Below are positions 48,582 to 61,377 of a DNA stretch of 64,000 nucleotides, one piece after another. The first letter of the stretch is position 1, and the number at the start of each line of letters is the position of its first letter. The stretch is from Lepidodermella squamata. Lineage: Eukaryota; Animalia; Gastrotricha. The translations under genes were made by a program, and so were the position numbers. Under the pieces are notes generated by a model that was given only the letters and a program-made list of their open reading frames with translations, made no database searches and was not told where the DNA came from. The stretch spans positions 1,860,001 through 1,924,000 of the forward strand of contig JBLDXI010000042.1 of the NCBI GenBank assembly GCA_047495785.1, read 5' to 3'.

Positions 48582-50616
48582 ATTTCATACTAACGACATA
48601 AATAAAAAATTCCTATTTTAATTTGTTAACGCGAACACTTAACACACTTTTATTCACAAATTGTGCTGAAAAAATGTAATACACCACTGACAAGAACGAC
48701 GAACAATTTCTCCGACAAAATGGAATCAAAAGATAATGAGTAAAATATAGCTGCTTTTTTGCTCAAAAATATTCACATCTATGAATGGTCATTTTTCAGC
48801 TTACGTTCAGCCTTCGTTACTGTCATCTTCCGAAATGACAAACTCACTATTTTTCGGGAACTCGCTTTCGTATTTTCTATTGATTGAAGCATAGGAATAA
48901 GAGCGAAGCTGCAAAAACCTGTTAGGTAATTTAAGACATTTATTCATAAATATGAACCACAAAAACCCAGCGTGCCTTTTCATCCGCCTGATTCTTGAAC
49001 TTCTAAATCCTGCAGCAATCAAAACATGCGAATCTCCCAAAACCGAGCGGAGCAAGCTGAGAACACGAGCAACTGCTGTTTGAACATTTTCGTGTGGACT
49101 TGTTTCAATAAGAAACATGATATTATTTTGCCAAACACCGCAAGAACGGACGTGATTAAGGGAAGCACGGACGTCCCGTAGAAAGCTCACGGGCCGCTCT
49201 AAAACTCGGTTGTCCTTGGTTACTTTGACATCGCAAAGATCAGATCTACTTAGCGTAATATTATCAGGCAGCCAGCAGCCACGGCAGTTTACCGACGTCG
49301 AAACGTATGAATGGTAGCGATTGCATTTGAGAAACGATCGCTCCCAATTCCGAGTTATTAGCCATTGATATCGCTAATAAATGCTGCATGAGAAATGCGC
49401 ACACCTAACGGGATCTAATTCGAATTGATGAAAAGTTGGGACATAGACAATCGATTTGATCCCGGTACATTCTTAAATCGATTTGTGATAAATACGATAA
49501 TTACAACAGAAAATATCGATAATTTTGAAAAATTAAAATCGCGAGACGGAAATAATCTCTCGAGGAACTAGTTAACAGAAAGGCTATCAAAGTTCACCGC
49601 ACTCTATTCTGGACAGGAAAGGGCAATGTCATGAAAGCCTTTTCAAAACCACCGGCCGTTGCCAGTTGGCGGCAAATTTCCATCATTTTCCAAGAAATCA
49701 GTATTCAATCGTCCAGTAGTTCATAGTCTGGTTGGTATAGTGCTAAACAGAATAAGCGTTTTTAACGTCGCTAATATATAAGTAAAATTGGAATACCTCT
49801 TTCATCCACGATGCCCAGAAGAATCATTCCGAATGACATATTTCTGACATCATCTGCTATATTGCCCGTGATGATTTGTGCTAAGCGTTGAAACATAGCA
49901 CTCGGGGCAAGGTTAGCTAAAAAGGTAGCCACAATTTTGTTTTGCTGTCCGGAACGTAGCTCAAAATCATATATTCCATCTTCGTCCTTAAGAGAATTGA
50001 TGACTTCTTGGCTTGCGCAAATGCGAAGCTCGTACACATACATTGCCACCGGTCCACTCATGAGGTACAAAAATAGCCGGTAAAATGAGAACAAATGGAA
50101 TCTAAAAACTGCTGAAAATAGACGACTTGTCCCTTGTCCCATTATCTATTGCGTTTCATTGTTGTGTTATCAAATTTCCGCTTTATAGCTGCTACTTAAG
50201 TTTAGCTGAACATATATTACAACGCGTGTGCCATTTAATTAGTATTTAGGGTAAATAAAGTGTTTATAGGAACAGGTTCCATTACGCCAGCCATTCCCAA
50301 ACCGTGTCCCATGTCAAAATCGCGGATCTTTTTTAATAAAAAAAACACGGATTATCGACTATTGATGATCGATTTTAGTTCGACACTGATTTTTTTTCAG
50401 ATTGCCTATCAGATTCGCCACAATTTAAACTGTTACCTCAACAACTTATAACCTTATTTGTAAGCGTGAAAGAGTGAACAATCAAAAATTATAATAAATA
50501 TTCGTGAGATAGTTTAGGCTGCAATTATGGATGCAATTAGAAGTCGACCCTCTTTCAGAAAATACAGTTATCTCGAGGTCGAATGTTTAGTTCGGCACGC
50601 CTTTGCTGCGGAAAGT

Positions 50617-51177
50617 TCATTCTGAAAACAGAAAAACCGTTATTATTTTGAAAATCGAGCGGTTGATTTCGCGCACCTTGAGGTATCGATGGCGAGTACC
50701 CACAGAAAATGCTGGTGCAGCATCGATGAGTAGACTCATAGCCTCAAGCACAGAAATCGAAGCGGCGCCCAACACAGTAGCATTGTTCACGACGGTGCCG
50801 TCGGGACTAGCAGCTTGAGAAGAGCGGCGCGACGAAGTAGTGGAGCTAGCGAGGCTAGAGCGACGAGAGCCTGATCTAGAAATCGACGCCAGCGCCAGTC
50901 TCGCGACAACCTCGTCAAGGTTGGTTTCTAGTAAATTTGCAACCATTTTGAAATGCGGCGGTTCATTGGCACTGAGACGGAACGCCCTCGCTACCGCGGC
51001 GTCTTTGTTAGCCGTGAGCCAATCTTTGCTGTCAAAGTATTTAAACAGTAACGGAAAGTTGGCAGCTGTATAGGTGAAGCGATATTCGGCTATCGCCGCT
51101 TCTTGCAGTTCGGTTATTGAGGCCGCCTCCAGCTCGACGAGCCGAGTGTCGGTCTCGTAAGAGAGCTAGGCCTCCAT
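50617..51177 (-). pseudogene. ORF with PB1-like N-terminus interrupted by one in-frame TAG
   Basis: MEA*LSYETDTRLVELEAASITELQEAAIAEY...LLFKYFDSKDWLT reads in frame into ORF 50617-50946. Confidence 0.4.
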
Positions 51178-51312
51178 TATTTAAAAATTTCTCTAAAAAC
51201 AAACATGGAAACGATTTATTAAATGGAGGAAGACAATAGGAGATCATTTGTAGCGGTAAAAAAACTGGAGTTTGAGAACACCGTGAGATTTGAACGATGA
51301 GAACCATTTCGC

Positions 51313-53089
51313 ATGAAACGCCGTTTTGTCGATCGAGAAGAGTTTGCTAGAAAGGGTTTCCAGCTCTCCCAACACAACTTCCATCTCACCATAAGTTAGC
51401 AAAATTCGCTTCGAGGCGAATTAATTGAAAATAACTTTCAAATTTAAATCAAAATGTTATTAGGCGAGTCAGAGACTGGTGTATACATTGCATTGGCTGA
51501 ATACTTGGAGAAATGGGTTGCAACCGGTCATTTGCGCAAAGACAGAATCAACGAGATAAGATTTCAAATTGATGGTACAACGCGCAGAACATCTGTCGGC
51601 GAACCTTTAGTTCAAGCGACTATTTGCTTTGTTGCCAAGAAAAGAAAACCTGGCCTTGACGAAGAGTTCCTATTGGTTATTTACGAGGGTAAAGAATCCT
51701 ACGAGTCGGTAAGACATTACTTGACACCAATTATTGATGAACTGGTGAAATGGGCAACCGAAGGAGTTGAAGACGCCAAAGGAAACAAGTACAAAATAAA
51801 AATTATTCTTGTTTGCGATTACCCCATGCTTGTATGGATGCAAGCTTGCGGGCACCAAAGTTCTCATCATGGATGCATTTTTTGTACCGTCGACTTCAGA
51901 TTGGGCGATGGGAATGGAGAGCCTAGGCAGTTTCATTTGATAGAGCAAGAGCTATCACATTTGAATGCTCGCCAGAGAGAGGCTTTGGGTTGGCATGCAC
52001 TTCTACTCCCAATGTTCAAGCTACCGAGCTCAGCATTTGAAATCGCACCTTGTACGTTACATCTTGAAACTTGTATCACTGGATCGGCGTTAGAGGCGGT
52101 AAGAAAATGCATTTAATGCTAGCAGTAATTGATTTAATAATGCTAGATGCTGACTAAATTCAAGCGAGAGCACTTGACAAGTGCATATCGCAACATCGCG
52201 ATCATCCTTGAAAGAAGTTCGAAAAAACTGACAGTTCAACCATCAACGACAAATCCACAGAAAGTCAGCATAACTCGAGCGAACCATTACGCAACGACTA
52301 ATTTCAGTAACTAACATAATGAGTAATATGTGATTCAACTCTAGATGAACTTTTCAGTCTCTGAAATGGCTAGCGATGACGGGGAGTTTATTTCAGTACC
52401 TGGGACCCAGCTGGCACTTGGAAGTTATTCAGGGGCTTTATGGCCGGGATGTTGCTTTCTACAAGCGATGGCTTCTTGATAACCATCGCATACGGGTAAG
52501 AAACAATTGGACACTTGAGGAGATGCAGCTAAAAGCCATAGAGAAAGGTTTGGAAAGGGAGGTGAGTAGACTTGAGAAGATTTCAGACAGCGTCATCCTC
52601 CTAATTTCAAAAAACTTTCTAGAAAATTCAAGAGCTGCACAACTACATCTTAAACTGTGATGAGCTGCTCGGGTCTTGCAAACGCGTTTTCGAGCGCATT
52701 GATGGAATGGATTTGCGGGGAGACCCGGAGGAGGATTTTGTTGGATTCGAGAATTCATTTCGGCAAGTTGTCGGAAATCTCACGACATATGCTCACAGTA
52801 AAGAATATTGCTTTGGAACAAAATATAGCTTATGTTATGAATTATTTCAGTTACTGCGCACCACGTTTTGCCACTGTTAAGAAGAGGCATTAATTTGCGG
52901 TTGTTGTCAGCGGAATCGATTGAAATTCGACAGAAGCATTTAAAAAGAATGCTGTCTATGACCTGTCCCGCTCTTAAAGACTCTATCCCCCGCCAGCTAA
53001 TGAAACTTTTCGTGATGAGAACGAACCAATATTGGCGAGTATATAAAGCAAAAGAACCAAATAATGTACCACTGAGCGCGAAAGATTAA
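51313..53089 (+). CDS. RAG1-core/Transib-like DDE transposase, 6 exons, ~483 aa
   Basis: Exons 51313-51394, 51464-52098, 52147-52263, 52358-52561, 52623-52797, 52851-53089 (1452 nt, open). QIDG, EGKESYESV, VCDYPML, GCIFC, CTLHL, TTYAH|ITAHHV, LSAESIE. Confidence 0.75.
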
Positions 53090-54157
53090 ATAAAATTGAG
53101 ACTTGTGATAAGATTTCATTAACCGGAGTTTTAAAGCGACCGAAAGGCATGCGGAATTAGTGTGTTCATGATGGAATGTGAAATAAACAATGAAACGTGC
53201 TGACAAGCCGTATGTCACAACTGGCGCGAACAACTTCCAGGAACGTGAGGCAGCTGACGCAGGAAAACAATACAGCGGATTCAATCAGCGCGCTCGCGCA
53301 CAATTTTGACGCAAAATCATTGATAATATAAAATTATGAATTAATACAGAAAACACGCTATTCATGTAAAAATTAATTTTGAGACATTTTGAATTTTCGC
53401 GCTCCATATTAGGGTCCTGAGCCAACCAATCAGAATCCTCGACAAAATTGAACTTCAGCTGGTTCTACAATGAATGGAGCCTGTTTCGATTTCTGACGAA
53501 GAATACAAGCATGCACAGCGGGTTTGGGACAAATTTGACAGCAAAACTATGTTGGATTACCACCACCTTTATTTGAAGACTGACGTTTTGCTGCTTGCTG
53601 ATTGTTTTGAAACTTTCCGGGTGACTTGTCAGGGACATTACGGTCTGGATCCTGCTTGGTATTTGACAGCGCCTGGCTTATCTTGGGATGCAATGCTGAA
53701 GAAGACCGGAGTGAGCATTGAGCTCCTACAAGATGAAAAAACGCTGGAGTTCATAGAAAGAGGGCTGAGAGGCGGTATGAGTGTCATTGTCCACAGGCAT
53801 GAGGAAGCAAAGTACATGGCGAAATATGTGAAGAACAAAGAAAGCTCATACATTATCTACCTCGACGCAAACAATCTGTACGGCTGGGCGATGTCTCAGG
53901 CACTGCCAATTGGAGAATTCCAATGGTGTGACGTTAAAAACTTCAATAACGATGCGTCATCATGGAGCTGTTAGAGGATGATAAGTACGGGTACATCTTT
54001 GAAGTCGACCTTGACTACCCGGAACAGCTACACGATCTGCACAACGATTATCCATTCTGTGCTGAACAAATGACGTTTGAACCAAGCCCATTCATGAAGG
54101 ACATTTCCAACGAACTCTCGCTACCGAAACCTGGGAAAGTTGACAAACTAGTTTCTA

Positions 54158-55031
54158 CACAGTAAAAAAAAACTCGGTTCTCACCCAGTTGGAAAAACGG
54201 AATTTACCGTGCAGCGTTTACGGAACCCGGTAAAAACCAGATGACAACCGAGTTTTTGCTACTTTTCGCAGTTACCGACCTAGTACAACCCAGTAAGAAC
54301 CATGCATCGGTTATGTCGGTTATGAACCTGGTTTGTACCAACTTTGTACCGACTTCGACGCATTTTACAGAAAATATTTCTAAGTCCCTATTTCCATTGG
54401 ATCGCATGTTGAATTGCACTCCCCCTCGAAAATTGGGTAGGGTATGCAGTGGGCAACTTCATACAGCTGGCATACAGTTCGCAAACGCTAATTTGAACAA
54501 ATTCGAAAAATTCATGAAAAACTTAAGAGTCGCAATTAAGGTCATGTGTAGAAGTAGGAGCCGTGGTCTAGTGGTAACGCGCGCGCTGTACGATGCCAAA
54601 GTCCCAAGTTCGAGCCTCGCTGATGACGCAAGTTAACTTATAATTTAATTTGTTTAATATTCTTTCAAATATTGTTTCTAATCGATATTAGGCGTAATCT
54701 GGGTTACAGATGCCAATATCGATTAGAAAAATCGTTTTTTTATTTTTATCGATGATTTTTAATAATCGGGATGCCGATACTCAGTAAATACCGAGCCCAC
54801 AGCTATATCGATAAATACCCATCCGAAAGCTGAATGGGTTATTACCGTGTTTTTCGAAGCTCGGTTAGTTCCAGCCCAGTTTTAATCGTGTTCTATGGAA
54901 CCCGGTAAAACTCCAAAACCCAGTAATGACTGTATGTGCACAAGGTTTTTTCCCTTTTTGATTAACATGTAAACTGGATATTACTGGGTAACTTATTTGG
55001 CACGGTAAGCACCGAGTTTTTTTTTACTGTG
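54158..55031. mobile_element. Non-autonomous CACTA/EnSpm-like MITE, 874 bp
   Basis: TIR CACAGTAAAAAAAAACTCGGT at both ends, TA duplication; its removal restores KLVSNLKPKTSYVLHYRNL in polB. Confidence 0.9.
54556..54630 (+). other. tRNA-derived Pol III promoter-like segment (A and B boxes) inside the MITE
   Basis: TGGTCTAGTGG (54564-54574) and GTTCGAGCC (54608-54616) at tRNA spacing; no convincing cloverleaf. Confidence 0.55.
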
Positions 55032-56009
55032 TAACCTCAAACCGAAAACCAGTTATGTTTTACATTATAGAAACCTCAAACAAGCCCTGGAAAATGGCTT
55101 GGTATTGAGTAAGATACACAAAGTTCTGAAATTCAAACAGAGCAAATGGCTGGCCCCTTACATTGAATTCAACACTGAAATGCGAAAACAAGCCAAAACT
55201 GAAGTCGACAAAGATTTTTTTAAATTAATGAACAACGCTATATTTGGCAAAACATGTGAAAACCTCAGAAAACGGTCGGATGCTAGATTCGTAACGCGCG
55301 AAGACCAGTTACAAAAGCTGATTAATAAGCTAAATTTCAAAAGCGCTAAACTTATCTCTGATAATTTAATTTCAGTTAACATGGCAAAGACATCCATCGT
55401 ATATGATAGGAGCTGTCATGCAAAACTTCTGTTTACTGACACGGATTCTCTTTGCTACCACATCCAAACGGAAGATGTGTATCACGATTTGAAAGCTTAT
55501 GACCACCTAATGGATTTCTCAGATTATCCGAAAGATCATTTTTGTTACTCCGATAAAAATAAAAAAGTGATTGGTAAAATGAAAGATGAAAGCGTGGGCA
55601 AAAATATTGTTGAATTTATTGGAGTCCGGGCTAAAAACTATTGCATCGTCATGGAAGACATGAAAGAAATGAAGAAGGCTAAAGGCATTAAGAAAACTTG
55701 TGTCAAGCGCAACATAGCAGCAGATGACTACAGAAATTGCGTCTTAGAAAAGGTGCCATTGGCTGTGAAGTTCAATCAAATTCGTTCTTTTAACCACCGA
55801 GTTGTGTCGATTCAAAATACTAAAGTGGCAATAACGCCGTACGATGATAAACGGTGGGTATGTGCCGATGGCGTGGCAACGCTTGCCCATGGCCATTATA
55901 AGACGAGTAATGTAAATTGACGCCACAGACATTTCATTATTTATTATGTTTACTACATTCACTTTTATTCTTCGTATTATTCGTAATAAAACGCTTTCTC
56001 AACTTCAGC

Positions 56010-56134
56010 TTTCTCATTCCATATTTCAACTACCATAAATGCATGACGAATGATTCATTTTTCAAACGCCGGCAGTTTGAACTATGAAAAACCCGTTACA
56101 TGCATTTATGGTAGTTGAAATATGGAATGAGAAA
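56010..56134. repeat. Perfect 36-bp inverted repeat just downstream of polB
   Basis: 56010-56045 is the reverse complement of 56099-56134; inner TCAAAC/GTTTGA stem. Confidence 0.88.
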
Positions 56135-57369
56135 ATGACGAAGCGAGCCATGTTTGACGACAAATTAACAATCATTAAGACATTTCAAACGTGTTACAAT
56201 TGACGAAGCGCAAGACGAATTCGAAAAGGCCGAATGTTGACAAATATTTCAACTCATTACGTCACAGAGACTTTTCGAGGGATAGTCTGAAATTCAAATG
56301 CCGGCAATTTCAAGATCAGACTAGCACAACGAATTATCTCTTCTTGACAATAATGAAATCAAAATATAAGTTACCATACAGCAAAACGAAAATCACATTT
56401 CAGTAGCAAAACGAGACAGGGTCTCGTACCATTGTCTAGCATCATCACTTGATTTCAGCAAAGCAAATATATCAATGGAAAATTTCAGCATTTTTTCGAC
56501 ACCGACATTCAAATACATCAGATGCGGAAAATCTCTAAAGAGTTGGTACAAACGCAGGCATTTGTTTATCTACGACTTACTAGAGACATTGCGTTGATGG
56601 AGGACAGTTTTGGCTTCAACACAGAATGGTTGCAAAGCCTTTGCTACCAGTTTTTTTAAAGAATTTCGATTTATAAACAAACAAAGAGAAGCCGAAGTCA
56701 TATGCAGAATAAAGTGATTTCGAACGAAAATTCAAGAAATTAACAAATTTGGCTTTCAAATCAGATATTAATGCATCTTCCGTACGGGCATCAGGTAAAC
56801 ATGTCTCACAGCTGCCGGTTTGAGGGGCCGGTCGTTGTGGCTCGCAGCTTCGAAGAAATTGTAGCAAATCAAATTTCGCCGAAGGCTTAAGGAATTAAAC
56901 AAATTAAATATTTCATCCGAGGAAAAAAATGAAATAGTACTTACTGATCTGTTTTTTCTTTGCGTTTTAGAACTCCCTTCAGCGTTGTATTCGTTCGAGA
57001 GGATGCTTAAGATTTCAGTAATTTCGTCACTTTCCTCGGCAGACAACTCTAATTTCAGGCTTTAAAAGAAGCAGAAATCAAATATCACTTGACGAACAAT
57101 GTTTGTTTCAACTTACCGCATGGTTAGATAACACGTTGCTTTTCGCACAAAGCAATCCATTTTATTCACAATGCCCACTTCTTCGCTCATTTCAACAACT
57201 ATCTAGAGAAAAAACAAAAATGATATGAGAGGGTCAGGCAAATGGAAAATATAGGAAAACGTTGGCTCGTTACGCGCCGGCGCGACGATTGCAATAAAAC
57301 TAGAAAACAACGTGCCTTTTAAAATGCAAAACGAGCGAATGAGGCTGTCTATGAGCCAAGCCCGTCCCT

Positions 57370-57630
57370 GCGGCATGTCAGCCACGTGCTTTTCGTCCGG
57401 AATTTTCTAGAGGCTTCTATGCCATGTGCTCAGAGAGTTGACCCGGGAAAAAATTGTCGTTAATCGTTATGCCCGTCGCTTCGGCATGTCAGGCACGTGC
57501 GTTTTGTCCTGGATTACTCCTTTTTCTAGAGGCTTCAATTTGAGTTGACCCAGAAAACATTGTTTATCTGCCTGTTGACGATACTGTTAATGAGCTATTC
57601 CTGTCCCCGACATGTCTACCACGTGCTTTA
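57370..57630. repeat. Degenerate tandem repeat, 3 units of ~110-125 bp
   Basis: G(G/A)CATGTC...CACGTGC recurs three times; TTTTCTAGAGGCTTC and GAGTTGACCC recur twice. Confidence 0.65.
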
Positions 57631-60600
57631 AAAAATAAGTTATTTTTTATTGATGAGCAATGGACCTCGCACTGGGCGGCGTGTTGGCCTACTTTGTTCT
57701 TTTTTGTGTTGTTTCGTGCCACGGATTATACCAGCTTTGTCTTCTGTTGAGCTAGATTTTTTCTCAGAGTAATATTGCAGTGATAGATGAATTTCTTCTT
57801 TCGTATATTTGTGGATAATACTCAAGTTCTTCACTTTTTTGAAAATCATGAATGCAATTCTTTCGGGCATACATTTATTATTTAATTCTATTTTTTATCA
57901 CTTGTTTTCCAATGATCAATCATATTTTCCACAGAATTTTGATATGTTGCTGAAGATCGTCGCAGGAGACAGCAAGATTGCGGTTCTTGCCCACTACGAA
58001 GAAGGTGTTAGCAATATCGAACGTCTGAATATAAAAATCCGCAAGTTCTTCGGGAAAGCTTTGGGTAAAGAAGCGGAACTAGCGTTGAAGGACGGTAAGC
58101 ATGTCTTCATCATTCTCGAAGAGGAAAGAGGAAGACCTTGATGCGGTAGTGAAAGCTGCTGACGATGATCGTATTGTTCTCCACCTACAGGGAGTCCGTA
58201 AAGTCCTGATGACACTATATCAGTATATAGTATAGTACATTTTATATAGCAAGGCTAAAAATCAATAATCTGTCTTTTTATTGATCGGTTATAATAATAA
58301 TGTCAGTGTGAGAAATAGAAGAAAAGCCGAATTGAGCACTGTTTGAAGAGTACTGCGAGGCCGATCAGAGCGAATCCACTGCTGTCAGCAGAGAGAAACG
58401 AAGTGCTCTGAATACAACAAAAGCAAAAAATAAAGGAAAAAGGCGTTTTTTACTATTAAAGATAATGCTCTCGCCATTTCTTATGAATTCGCGGAATGAA
58501 AGATGCGCGCATGAGAATTTCAATGCGTATAATCGTGGTATGTATTCGCGCAGCGGGAAAAAAATTTGCGCGAGAATTGGCCATATATTTGTGTGGTATG
58601 ACATGAGTAAAAAGTTTATATCTGAACGGAGCTAACCGAGAATTACTAGTCGGACTGAGCCGGAGGCGAGTTGTGATATGAGTAAATCGAGTGCGGCGAT
58701 TTCAGATATGAACGATTTACGAATGTTATACCGTAAAATATCGAATTAGCTACTCGACCTATATTTTTGGGGATAACTATATGTTTATCAAAAACTCATT
58801 GCCGCGATTTTCTTCTTGTTTCTTAAAGATGAGACAGAAACTTCGAGAGCTTCCAGGCTTAATTGTTCAGGTCAGTCTTTTTTGGACCACAACCATGAAG
58901 GATAAACAAAGCGGGTTTCTGCCGTCGTTCGTCGTTCGTGGATCGCTTCTTAATCGAAAACTTGCTGCTTGATCTGACGACCTAACCAGTTTGACCTCAA
59001 ATTAGCGCTGACGCTAGGGATGGTAGGAATCATCGCTACCAGTTCAACTGAGTCAAAGACCAAATGGGGCGCTTGTTTCATTAACTTAGCCAGCTCTGCT
59101 GTCCTACTTCGCTCTCTGGGTTTGACTTTTTTACATAAGCAAATTCGCTTCGGAGGGTAATTTTCAAAGCTCATTATGCCGCTATTACGATCCATTTGAC
59201 GTTGAGTATTTCATCGCAGCACGCAAACAAGAGAAAGCAATTTTACCGCCCGCGATTTTTTGTATGCTTGAGTGTTGCAGTTTAGTGCCGTTTACGGTAA
59301 ATTATTTACCGCCACTAGAGAACAATGGCGAGATGGAGTTACCGTCAAATGGAGAGTTGTATCGAAACGATAGCGACGAGTTTAGCAGGAAGATTATTCC
59401 TGCTACAAGAGTAATTGGAAGAGTCTAACATGACGGAGCGAACGAAAAAGCATACAAAATTGTGGTATTAAGGTCGTATATGCCTAATAAATGAAAATCC
59501 ACCGGGTTGATTTTGAAAACCTACGGTACTCCGTTAGATCCCTCCACGAGTAATCGTTCTGAGACTTTTCAACCCGTTTCACCGTACCTTAAATCATTTA
59601 ATCAATTAAAACCAGTCTTGAGTGAACAATTGCCCGCAGGACACACAATTTTCCGAAGCTATTTGTTCTGCGAATGAAATATCAAGAATTCCCACGGTAT
59701 ATAGCCGTATTCTTCATTGCAAAGTAAAACAAACCAACAAATGCAGGTTTTTACCGCATTGAATTCTGGGAAACTGCGTTCAATTGTTGCAAAAGCTACG
59801 TACTCCAGTTCAAAAAGAATAAGTTCACATTTTACCCAGCATACTCCTTATTATTATATCCTAATCCATACAAAAGACGCCTTATCGATTTTTTCAGTGC
59901 GCTTGTTTTTTTTTAGCAAAATATGCAGATATGGTCTAAAGCGCTGCAGAAAATTTCGAGGTAGAAACCTGGCCCCTTGCGAACCGCACGGTAGAATTCC
60001 CTTTACAAAGAGATTAATGTTCTTTGTAGTAATTCTTATACTTTCACCGAAGGAAATTTGAAAATATGCGGTGAAAGTAACGGACGAAACCAATTTTCCT
60101 GACTTCACCAGCTATTTACATTAGGTTTGAAAGTATTTCTGTGATCATCAGGTGTTTTCACGGTAAAAATCGTTTAAACTTGACCATTCACGAAGGTGAG
60201 ATGCAACAAATGAGTTGACCGTGTACAATTAATTAATTCAAAGTGGAACGCTTGGAACCAAGTGGTATTTGGGACAAAAACTCATTCCATCCGACATTAG
60301 ATGTCTTATTTAATCGAATTTTAAAATTTCCTTCGGTGAAAATGTTAAGCTTATTAACAAAATCACTTTGGCTACCGTCATGACTAGAATAATATCGCTG
60401 TTTTCCGGTGAGAATTCGGTAAAAGCAACCTGGTTTTTCATGGTGTTCGCCTGGTTCGTACTTACATTATTATTATTATACGATCCAGAAAAAATGCTGT
60501 ATTATCGATTTTTCCTATGCTATATAATGTACTATGCTATATATTTATATTGCCTCTATGACTTTACGGACTCCCTGTAGTACCCAAACCGAAGCTGCCT

Positions 60601-61377
60601 TTGACGACAAAGCTTGAAGACGCAATGCTGAGCTTAACTTTAAGCGATCCATCTGAGATGGAATTCGCAGCTGGTAAACTCAATTCTACTTCGTCATCTT
60701 TTTCCATGGAGGTCACTCCGTCACTCCGGCACTCAGCTAATGGCGCTCGATCATTTTCAGCGAAATCGTCAACACTGAACACTGTAATTGTCAGTAAAAT
60801 GATAAAATTTATTGATCGTTGACTTTCGTCTTTTTTAGATTGACACTCCATTACCGAACAACGCATCGTCTGCGTTTCTTGTTCCCGATAATCCTGTCAA
60901 AGATCTGAAGTCACTATCCCTCAAGGTGAATTTCTCCTTGTTTGCTTCTTTGTCACTGTTTCATTTCCATTTTAGAATGATGATTTCCTGCTGAATCCAC
61001 AACAAAAAAGGCGAGATGAACTTGTTAATCGAATCAAAAGCTACTTTTCTGATCTGAGCGACGATCGGATAATTGACGCAGCAGTGTATACTTTCAAACA
61101 AATTGATGTGAGCATTTGTAAAGAAACAGTAAAACATTTTATGACACGTAAGTCGAAACCAACGAAAGAAACTGTGGAAAAATTTGAAAAATTGGTGAAT
61201 TACTTGAATGGGTGATTGAGTGCGCTTCGATTAAATGAGAGAGGTGAGAGATTGAAAAGTATTTTAGCTGGAAATCGTCACTGCTTCGCTTTTGCTCGAA
61301 CTACTACCATGAAACTAATGCCAATGAATTATTGCGATAATATTTATAGATATGCAATACTGCTGCCACATCTCAAA

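Larger units (their letters stand above)
53474..55920 (+). pseudogene. Polinton/Maverick-type protein-primed DNA polymerase B relic
   Basis: YLKTDVLLLAD, RGLRGG, YLDANNLYGWAM, KLMNNAIFGK, TDTDS, KKAKG, DDKR; 5' truncated, frameshift near 53962-53974, internal deletion, MITE insertion. Confidence 0.92.

Noticed and set aside
54158-54178. CACAGTA end as an RSS heptamer target of the neighbouring RAG1-like transposase
   Set aside because: TSD is 2 bp (TA), not the 5 bp of Transib/RAG, and no spaced nonamer is evident; fits CACTA/EnSpm better
54556-54630. Functional tRNA gene
   Set aside because: Acceptor and anticodon stems do not pair convincingly; lies inside a MITE
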